From: Guillardia theta CCMP2712
Lineage: Eukaryota; Protista; Cryptophyta
Direction of reading: 5' to 3'
Assembly (NCBI RefSeq): GCF_000315625.1
Contig: NW_005434540.1
Location: forward strand, 62,001 to 126,000
DNA length: 64,000 bases
Below are positions 31,855-41,226 of this stretch, piece after piece (the stretch's first letter is position 1; each line of letters opens with the position of its first letter). Below the pieces are notes generated by a model that ran no database searches, had not been told where the DNA came from, and was given only the letters and a program-made list of their open reading frames with translations. Position numbers and translations under genes: made by a program.

Positions 31855-32521
31855 CGAGGAAAAGGTTCAACTTCCCTTCTAACGCTAGCGGGTCGGAATG
31901 CGAGAGCCAGTCGGGGAGATGCAGGAGCGCCACGTTGAGGGTGCCATGAGCAAAGGCATCGGGCACGAAAAGCTCCCTTATCACGAGATCATATCCTGCT
32001 TCTTGTAAGCCCCCACACAGTCCCATCCTCTTCAACCAGAACGTGATCGAGTCCTTCAGGACACTGGAGATGGTGAAAGAGGCAGCAACCCCTAGCTCGA
32101 TCTTGTTCATCTTCCCTCTTCTTCATCGGATCGCAGTGGCACGAGTGGGGATGAGGGGTGGGGGCCGAATGTGCGTGGAATGGAGCCGAGGTAGGGAGCA
32201 GGCATACAGGTAGGAGGAGGAGGGAGAGAGGAGGGGGAGAGCGGTAGAGGCAGAGAAGAGGGAAGATGAACAAGATCGAGCTAGGGGTTGCTGCCTCTTT
32301 CACCATCTCCAGTGTCCTGAAGGACTCGATCACGTTCTGGTTGAAGAGGATGGGACTGTGTGGGGGCTTACAAGAAGCAGGATATGATCTCGTGATAAGG
32401 GAGCTTTTCGTGCCCGATGCCTTTGCTCATGGCACCCTCAACGTGGCGCTCCTGCATCTCCCCGACTGGCTCTCGCATTCCGACCCGCTGGCGTTAGAAG
32501 GGAAGTTGAACCTTTTCCTCG
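31855..32521. repeat. Inverted duplication (fold-back): arms 31855-32122 and 32254-32521, 131-bp spacer
   Basis: The 268-bp arms are reverse complements with one visible mismatch. Both encode MNKIELGVAASFTISS... Confidence 0.95.
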
Positions 32522-35500
32522 AGGCGATATCCTCGGGAGCATGGCGACATCTGCCGGCACGAGGGCTGGTAGTGATAGTGGGGCCCTGGCAGGAAGAAGA
32601 TCCTCGGGTCCAGCAACTCTTCCTCTCCTTCCTCGAGAAGCTCCAGCGGTCGGCCAACTCTAGCGGCTTCGAGTGTGTCCTGCCTGCTGAGCTCCGAGAA
32701 TTCATGGGAGATCGTGAAGCCTTCGACGAGGTGGCAAGAAAAGTGGGACAGGTTCCCTTCTCCGAGGAGATGCTTGCGACCATGTCTGCTTGCCTCGCCA
32801 GGCGCGTGCATCGCCTCCTCCTCCCTCCAGTCAAGGCGATCGCGGTGGATTGTGACGACACCCTATGGGGGAACGCGGTGGGAGAGGTAGGAGCAGAGCA
32901 GGTGGCGCTTGCCGAGAGGTTCTTGATGCTGCAAAGGAAGCTGGCTGGTCTCGCAGAGAGAGGAACGCTGGTGTGCTTGTGCTCCAGGAACAAGTTCGAG
33001 GACGTCCGGAGGGTCTTCAGCGTGAGGGAGGAAGAGATGGCTTTGAAATGGAATCATGTCGCCTCCTGGTACGTCAACGAGGAACCCAAGACCTCCGGCA
33101 TCCGTCAGCTCGCGGCTGATCTCAACATTGGCCTTGACTCCTTCGCCTTCCTCGACGACAACCCGTCCGAGTGCCTGCGCGTTCGCCAGGACCTCCCCCA
33201 GGTGCTGACTTGGCACGTGCCCGAGGACCCTGAGGAGTTCGGGATGAGGATGCGAGCGGCCTGGATCCTTGACGAGAGGTTCGAGTCAGCGGTGACGAAG
33301 GAGGACCGAGAGCGAGTGAGGAGGTACCAGGAGGAGAAGAGCCGGGGGAGGCGAGGCAGACCAGTGCGACGACGGACGAGTACCTCAAGTCACTGGGTAC
33401 CAGGATCTTGGTAGAGCCCGCGGGGGAGGAGGATGTTGGCAGACTGTCTCAGTTGAGTGAGAGGACCAACCAGTTCAACGCGTTCAAGAAGTTCGTGTCC
33501 TCGGGCGACATCTTGAGGTACATGGAGCATGGTGGACAGGTCAGGAAGGTCTCCCTCAGTGACAACTTTGGCGACTACGGGGTGATCGGAGTGGTCATGA
33601 TGCGCGACAACCGCTCCTTCTCGATCCGATGGCTGGAGGATGCCGGAGGCATGAGGTTTGATCATCCTTCAGCTGATGATGAGCTGGAGGCCCAGGGCGC
33701 AAACTCTGCTGATCGCCAGGTGGTCGTCGACATTTTCGCCATGAGCTGTCGGGCTCTCGGCCGAGGGGTCGAGCATGCGATGTTGACATGTGCCGCCGAG
33801 TTTGCAGGGGCAGGGGCAGGGGCAGGGGCAGGGGCAGGGGCAGGGGCAGGGGCAGGGGCAGGGGCAGGGGCAGGGGCAGGGGCAGCAGGAGGTCCTTGTG
33901 TGACAGTCAAATTCCGATCGAACGATCGCAACAAACTTGTCGGCCACTTCCTCGAGTGGGCGATGAATGAGAGCGGAGGGTCTTTGGCGGAGGAGGCGTT
34001 TTCCTTTCCTGTCTGCGGCCTCCTCTCCCTCCACTTCGACTGCTCCCGCATGACTTACGCACTGTCAGCTTCTGAAGTTTCGACATCCAGCCATGGAGAG
34101 GAGGGTACAGAGGTCGATAGCTCAGCTCTTGCCCGAGCTGAGCTTGTGTGGGAGATGTCGAGAGGAGGTCTGATGGATCCAGAGAGCATACTGCAGTCGG
34201 TGGCTGACATGAAAAAAAAGTCAAGGAAGCTGAGGGAGCAAACGAGCTCGGGCAACAACATGGAGAACCGGCACAGGCCTCCCGATCCTCCAGCAGCTGA
34301 CAAGGATGCCAGCTGGTACCACCAGCGCAGGCCGAAGAAGGAGCGGCAGGTGGCAGAGAAACTGAAGGCCGTCTGGTCGGAGGTGAGCGCCTTGTGTGTG
34401 GGACCCCTTGTCACGAGCAGCTGGGGCAGGTGCTGGGAGTGGAGCAGGTGGAGACGAACGTGCCGTTCATGGAGTACGGGGGAGACTCGCTGATTGGCGT
34501 GACCGTCATCGCCAAGTCTGCCCGGCTGGGAATATCACTGCAGCTGCTGCCAAACTTTGGTGATGACGTCACCGTTGTTGTCACCTTATGAGCCTGTGTC
34601 CTTGCCATACCCTCCTTACCCCCATCCTCCCCATCTCCTTCCTCGTCCTCCTTCTCTGCCTTCCTCGTCCTCGTCCTCGTCTTCTCTGTCTACTTCCTTG
34701 CTCAATTTCTCGCGTTCTGACATGTCTCTCCTTTAGACATGTTGTCAGTAGATGATCTTGCCAGAATGGCGATCTCCCTGCGCAAGGAGCAGGGCGACAA
34801 GAGGGGAGTGGGGGGTCAGAGCAAAGACTCGCAGAGCTCCTCTTCTTCTACCGCATGTCACATCCTAGAACGAGATCGGAGGGAGCCAGGAAGCGTCCCA
34901 AAGCCAATCGGAGGACTCTCTGCATGCTCGCAAGGCGATTTGGACTCGCTCCTCAAGCTCCGAGCTACCGGCTGGGATCCTGTGCATGCAGTTGACAAGC
35001 ACGGCAACACAGCGCTCATGTCTCCCCTCTCCTGCCCCGCCTTGAGCTCACCTTCACCTCCAGGTGGTCCTGCGGCTCTGGAGCTCTTCATGTTGCGGTG
35101 AGCTGAAAAGAGGCTCGCTGCTGGAGGTCTGCTGAACTCAGCGATGGCAGAAATGGCTCGTCGTAGAGTGCAAGATGGACGTGGAGGAGGAGAACAAGGA
35201 CGGGCGGACTGCTCTCATGTGGGCTGCCAAGAACGGCCACAGACAAGTCGTTGAGTGGCTGCTGCTTGAGTGATACCTTACCTTAACGTCGAACTTGACA
35301 TGACTTGTCGCTTGCACAGGACAGGGGCTGATCCAGCTCACGAGATGAAGGATGGATCCAAGGCCTTCGACTGGGTATGAAGGATGGATCCAACCGTCTG
35401 CCCTCTGCTCCTCTTGCGCCTTCGCCTTCGCCTGCTCCTGCTCCTGGTCCTGCTGCTCCTGTTACTCCTCCACTAACTCCTGCTTGTTCACTTGCCCCTG

Positions 35501-35710
35501 TACCTGCTCCTCTGCTCGGTCTGTGCAGCTCCTGCCTCTCTCTCCCTGTCCTGCTCCTCCTCACTTCCTTTGCAGGCCATCTACGGGGGTGACCTCGAAG
35601 TGCTGGAGCTCCTCTCCTCCACCAAAGGCGTCGACATTCACAGCCTCAACAACTTCGGATGCGGAGCTGCCTTCTGGGCTGCTGCTGCCGGCAATGTCGA
35701 TACCTGCAGG
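32266..35710 (+). CDS. FkbH-like (HAD-IIIC + GNAT-like) - acyl carrier protein - ankyrin-repeat fusion; 1-nt frameshift at 33344-33348; 3' end lost in a gap
   Basis: VDCDDTLWG, CSRN, EPK, FLDDNPSEC, ERTNQFN, DNFGDYGVIG and MSCRALGRGVE identify FkbH. YGGDSL marks the phosphopantetheine Ser. DKHGNTALM and NKDGRTALMWAAKNGH are ankyrin repeats. Confidence 0.85.
33804..33884 (+). repeat. (GCAGGG)n coding microsatellite (Ala-Gly repeat; G-quadruplex-prone)
   Basis: About 13 perfect hexamers inside the FkbH C-terminal domain. Confidence 0.9.
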
Positions 35711-35744
35711 TCCTCAGAGCTTCTCATCCCCTCCTCCTCCTCCT

Positions 35745-35844
35745 NNNNNNNNNNNNNNNNNNNNNNNNNNNNNNNNNNNNNNNNNNNNNNNNNNNNNNNN
35801 NNNNNNNNNNNNNNNNNNNNNNNNNNNNNNNNNNNNNNNNNNNN
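35745..35844. other. Assembly gap (100 N); further gaps at 43631-43730 and 60538-60637
   Basis: N runs, each beside a purine or pyrimidine low-complexity tract. Confidence 1.
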
Positions 35845-36312
35845 TCCTCCTCCTCCTCCTCCTCCTCCCTCTTCGGTGCTGCCGTTTCCTCCTCCTCTTC
35901 TTTCATCCCTCTCCTCGCCATTCCTTCCTTCCGCAAAGAAGTTTGTCTTGCAAATTTGGAAGAATTTGAAGGAAGTTGGGTGGGTGGCAGAACAATATTG
36001 TTTCCTAAGGGGGTGGGGTATGTATGAAGATAGGGGTAGTGCAAATCGAGGGTGACACTTAAAGAGGGGTGGGTGATGTCATGGAAGAAAGGGGGTCATA
36101 GTTGGGAAAATAGGGGTAGAATCATGGACATTGTGGGGTGATAAAATTTCCTGCTGGACACCCTGTGGAGAAACATTGGAAAGGAGGGGTACAGATCGAG
36201 CAATATGAAACTCTAGGGGTGGAGGTAGCTGAAAGGGGGGTAGTACGTGGAAATAGGGGGTAGGGGTAATGAGCAAAATAGTCTCGGCATGCAGCGCAGA
36301 GGACGAGTAGCA

Positions 36313-36999
36313 ATGTGGAGCGCAAGGTCTCCGTACGAGGAGGAGGAGGAGGAGGAGGAGGAGGAGGAGGAGCTTTCCAACTACCAGCGGGACACAGAGA
36401 CTCCGATATGCGGGCCTGACCATCTCTTGGAGGGAGCTGATGCCCTCGAAGTGTGGAGGGAGGATGCTGCTGCTGCCCTGGGCTCGGCCCTTTACAGGGC
36501 TGAGTACGCAGGGAAGTTTTCAGCCTGCATTGTTCAAGCTTCACTGGGAGATCTTGAAGTCGACAAGCACGTGAAGACGGAGATGAGAGTGAGAGCGAAG
36601 GAAGAGGCTGCGGTCTGCCGCCCGAGGAAGCCTGAGAAACAACTCCGTCCAGTCCTGGCAAGAACAGTGAGAATGGTGGACGATCTGCTGGAGAGCTCCA
36701 GTCCCATGGTGACGAGGTTCGAAGAGAAGTCGAGGAGCTTCCTGAAGCCTCTCGATGAGGTCCTCGAGGACATCGAGTCTTGCCATAGCCCGGGCGCCCG
36801 AATCCTGCAGTTCTGCGTGCAGGAGTTCCTCAACAGCCTTGAGAAGCTGGGGGCGTTGGAGCCGAAGCTCGCGATGATCGAGGAGACAGTGCAGGAGAAG
36901 GTTACTGGCCCGATCTCTTCTCGGTTGATGAGGTTGTCACGATGGGGCGACAAGCTGTTCGGTCTCTCCTACGACGTTCCGCCTGCACCTCAGGACTGA
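36313..36999 (+). CDS. Hypothetical helical protein
   Basis: Intronless ORF (likely start MWSARSPY) with a poly-E N-terminal tract. No domain recognised. Confidence 0.55.
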   Translation: MWSARSPYEEEEEEEEEEEELSNYQRDTETPICGPDHLLEGADALEVWREDAAAALGSALYRAEYAGKFSACIVQASLGDLEVDKHVKTEMRVRAKEEAAVCRPRKPEKQLRPVLARTVRMVDDLLESSSPMVTRFEEKSRSFLKPLDEVLEDIESCHSPGARILQFCVQEFLNSLEKLGALEPKLAMIEETVQEKVTGPISSRLMRLSRWGDKLFGLSYDVPPAPQD

Positions 37000-37166
37000 C
37001 ACCCTGACAAGATTAACATCATGGTGACTTCTGGCAGCAGTATGCCGTCTAATCATCATCGTCATCATCATAGTAAGTTCTCCCGAAGGCTTGTTCTCGA
37101 TTTGATGCTGCCGGAATGCCGAACTCTTCGACCTCCTCATCGAATTTCTGTGCACGTTCAGAGGGA

Positions 37167-38676
37167 TTAGGGAACGAGGGCAGTGCGCGATCCTACCAGG
37201 GGATCATCGATGAAGAAGGGGCTCTTGGGACTTGTAGAATCGTATAAATGAATTTGCCTGTACTGTAACCCCCTTCTGTCAGTCCCTCCCTCCTCCTCCT
37301 CCTCAGCCACATATCCTTGTATACCTTGTCTAAGAATTTCGTAGCAGCAGGGCAGATGAAGTCAATAATGCCATTGAAAGTGATGATCTGGTTACTATCA
37401 GACTCTTGTTGCAACAGGAAGCAAGTTCGACACCTTTTTCCCCTCAGTCAAGAAGTTCAAAAGCTGGTAGCGATTCAGTTCAACGTGATGGGCTGCGGGC
37501 AGCGGGCAAACCTTTCGGTACATGAATGTTCCATGCTCATAGATATCTGGAGGTAGGCAGATGTACAGGATCGTAGCTTGGCTATAGGCAAGGTCATTCA
37601 GATATTACGCACAGGCAAGCTTGAAACACCTGAGGTCCATTTCACCTAAATCCCCACACATGAAGTGTATCCTCTCGCAGAGATCAAGGGTCTCGGCAGT
37701 CTACAACAACATCACCTCCCCTGTGTTTCAGAGCGCCCGGTCACTTGCCTTCTGTGCATGCACCAACGTGTCTGCGTCCAAATCCACACCAATCTGCAAC
37801 CGAGCATGACGGAGAGCGTCAAGAGAGGAAACGCTGGCGTACCGCTTTCACTCCGTACTTGAGCACCGCCGATATGCAGATCCTCCCGTCTCCGCAACCT
37901 AGATCGATCAACTACTCCTGTCATGTCCCGTCTAAGGCGACACCCCTGTTGGTTACCGTGTCTGATTTCTCCATGGGGACAAAGTCCAAGATCGCTTCCA
38001 CTGCCTGCATAGGAGTTTGTATGCCCTCTCCGAATATTCCATCCGCCTGTTCCCTTGTCAGAGGGTTCGCATCTGGGTCGACTTCATCATAGCGTACCAT
38101 ATCCGCAAGTTTTATCAAGTCAAACTCAGTCATGTTTTGGGGATCAATCTGTTCCTTTGACTTCAAGTCCATCAACCTGTCAATACATTTGTTTTACCAT
38201 GTCCTAGATGCACAGCTACACACCTTCCCATTTCTTCATTCTGCTCTACCATGTCATCCAGATTGGTGTATGCCGACTGCGCACAGGCAGGCTGCGGTCA
38301 AACGAGAACCCACATCGTCCACACTGCCAAGATGAAACAACCAATGGTTCTGACCTTGTAAAACTCCGCGCATGCCTTCAAGGCAGGGTCGCTGTATTCT
38401 TCTTCCGACTCGTCCCTACCCTGGTCGACTTCATCTGGAAGCGATTCGACTCACGTGTTCGCATTCCCCATGACCAAGACAGACCTTGTCCTCCCCTCAA
38501 GCCCACCATCCTCGTCACAGACAACAAGGCTCTACCGCAGCAGGGTCCATGTACTCGAGAATACTGCAAGGAAGCTTTTGAGTCGAGCGATTCAGATGGA
38601 ACATTCAGACCTGTTCAGCTGCCATGGGTAGGAGGATCAGCAGAAGAACGATTGTCCTCTGCAGGAGATGATTCAT
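37167..38676 (-). CDS. Class I SAM-dependent methyltransferase (FAM173/ATPSCKMT-like), multi-exon, with predicted signal peptide
   Basis: Spliced reading gives QTPMQAVEAILDF, IDLGCGDGRICI, IGVDLD, IHFMCGDL and ATILYICL. N-terminus is MNHLLQRTIVLLLILLPMAAEQ. Confidence 0.75.
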
Positions 38677-39534
38677 ATGATGTCCTGATCCCATGATGCT
38701 TCGACGCCCCTCATTCTGCACCCCATGGCTTCTTCTCACCATCCTCACAACTGTTTCAATTTGTTGATTCCAAGGTTACATTCCCTCCTTAGTTGATCCC
38801 TCCACAGACTCAAACCCCCCTTCCCTCTTCTACCTCCTCCCTCTGTCTCCATGGAATTCCCTCCCTCCCTCCCTCCCTCCCTCCCTTCCTCCCTCCCTTC
38901 CTCCCTCCCTTCCTCCCTCCCTCGCTTCCTCCCTCCCTCCTCCCTCCCTCCCTCCCTCTCTCCTCCCTCGCCTGGGCAGCCATCGGAGAGTCTCATCTGA
39001 AATTTCTCGTTTTCCTTTTACTCAAAGTTAAGTTAACCATGAGTACGAGGACAATCCGAGGCTTTCCAGTGACACAGCCTGTGACAGGGCAGTTGACTCG
39101 CCGACGGTGACAGGCCGGGCCATCCGAGTCCCCCGCGGCCGCCGGCCCGGGCCGTGCCCGCCTCCCGGCGGCTCGGACCGAACCGGCCTGCGCTGCTGCC
39201 TACCAGCCTTCAGGCTCCCGATCGGATGCCGCAGTGCCAGCTTTTGAGTACTACCGTACTCCTCTCCGCCTCTCCTCCCTGATCTCCCTCCTGTTCCACG
39301 CTATTCGTGGAAGAGGATTGGGATGCTTGGTAGGACAGCGGCGACAATTTGCCACCATCACTTTCATTACGGACTGAAGGGCTGCAGATTCATTTAGATG
39401 CTTCCTGATTACGAAGATACATTTAGATGCTTCCTGATTACGAATGTAGCACAAGGACGTAGCCATTGATAAGAGGTCCAGCGTTTCCTAGCTAATGGGC
39501 CTCCTTGGAAATTTGACTGATAACATGAAAGAAT

Positions 39535-40398
39535 ATTCAACATCAAATTCCCACGTCGCTTCATGTTGTTCCTGCTGGCTTCTTGCCGTCGTCTGCCGCT
39601 TCTTTCTTTGCTACGCTGCCCTCGCTCGCCTGTTTTTCTTTCTCCTGCTTCTCCAATGCAAGTTCAGCCAGAAGTCGATGGATCATCTCCTGCCGACCTG
39701 AATCAGCAGAGGAGCAGGGCAACCTTTCCCTCCCGCACCTGCTCGCGCGGATTGAATTTATTCTCGATGAGCTCAGCGAGTGTAGGTTGTAGCGCTGGGA
39801 TGTAGTTCATCTGCGAGCCTCTTCTCTTACCCAAGTCGAGCTTCACATTCTTCCGTGCCTGATTGCAGGATCAACAATGACAGGAATGCAGCCGAAGAGA
39901 TGAAGATAATAAAAAGCAAGCACAATCCTCACTTGAAACCCTCTGAAAGCTTTTTGAATGTCCGAAGAAGCACTCTGCATCTCCTTTACAGCAGAGGTCA
40001 AAGCTATCATGCGCCTGACTTGATTGTAAAGCTTCCCTCGCGGGTTTCTGTTCGCTTCCATCACGTGCCCTTTCAAGTTTGAAAACGCGTCCTGCATCTT
40101 TTGGATGCGAAATCCGACTGCTTGCCACCCGTCAGCGTTAGATGACGAGGGGGAGGACACTAGCGACGTCACCTGACTGAGGCGCCATCACCTGCTTCCA
40201 CTCGTAGTCTTCCAGCTCTGCTCCTTCCTCTAGACTCTTCAATTTCTCGCTCACAGCATCCGAGTAAAGCTTGTCGGGTTTCTTTGCCCTCACCGCGCGA
40301 GCATGTCTGGACACAAACCCATCCTCCTCGTCCTCCTCGTCCTCCTCTTTCTCCTCTCCCTCTCCTTCCTGAACTCTCTCCTCTTCCTCCTTACCCAT
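39535..40398 (-). CDS. Spliced hypothetical protein with acidic N-terminus (ends approximate)
   Basis: ORF blocks 40138-40449 and 39843-40172 are linked by short GT-AG introns. Confidence 0.5.
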
Positions 40399-40559
40399 GG
40401 ATGCTTCTCTTAGCATTTCTCCTGTACTATTTATTGACTGAAAAAGCAACTCAATCTCGCCCTCAAGATTGACCCGACCGTTGCAGCATCGTGACGTTGA
40501 AAGTCTGCCTCAGAATCGTGGGCCACCGTGACTGACACGGTCACTTCAAGTTAAAACAC

Positions 40560-40990
40560 CCGCCGAAGGCCTTTCTTCCCTTCACTGCAGGTACGGATGG
40601 TCTTCTTCATGCTGACGCTTTGCGGTTTCTCTGGTACCTGGCGGATCACCACTGCGCTCAGGAGGCGGTGTATGGCCCGGGACGGGCCCGGTGGCTTTCA
40701 TCGTTTGCGTGCTCGCCTGTTTCGGCAGTATCGCTCTCGTATGGGTCTTGCCGTCCTCCTCGCAGGAGCCTTGCGCTACTGCTCTTTGTGACACTTTGTC
40801 CTGATCCTGCTTGTCGTGCACTGCGGCCCCATGCCGTCCGATCGCTTCAGGCTTGCGTGGTTGGAGTAGCGGTTTTCGCTGCCTCCTTCGTTTCCTAGTA
40901 TTTTATTGAGGCGGGTTTGTAGGCTTTATCCTCCCCCTCCTTTGTTTGCTCCGGTTTGCCCTTCTTTTTCAGTCAATACAGAAAAAACAG
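40560..40990 (+). mobile_element. Probable 5'-truncated non-LTR retroelement remnant
   Basis: Shares a repeat with 27746-27852. Encodes FHRLRARLFRQYRSRMGLAVLLAGALR, resembling the terminal helix of RLE-type (CRE-like) ORFs. Ends in a T-rich stretch and an A-tract. Confidence 0.45.
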
Positions 40991-41226
40991 CCTGTCACTG
41001 AGAGACTCAGCGGCCGGGCCGCGGCGCCCGGGCCGAGCTGGTCACCGGACCGAGTCTGACCCCCGGCTGGCCCCGGACTCTCACAGTGACAGTGGGACTC
41101 CCGCCTGAGTCCGGGTCACCCGCAGGGTTACCCGGGCCGGGCCCGGCCGGGTGACCGGGAATGAGGGGGATGATTTGTATTCTGGTGATGTCTGAGCGGG
41201 GATGAGGGCGCTCGCAGTTTGAAAGA

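Noticed and set aside
31721-32110. Second FkbH gene on the minus strand
   Set aside because: It is only the first 85 codons, created by the inversion, and runs into filler repeats.
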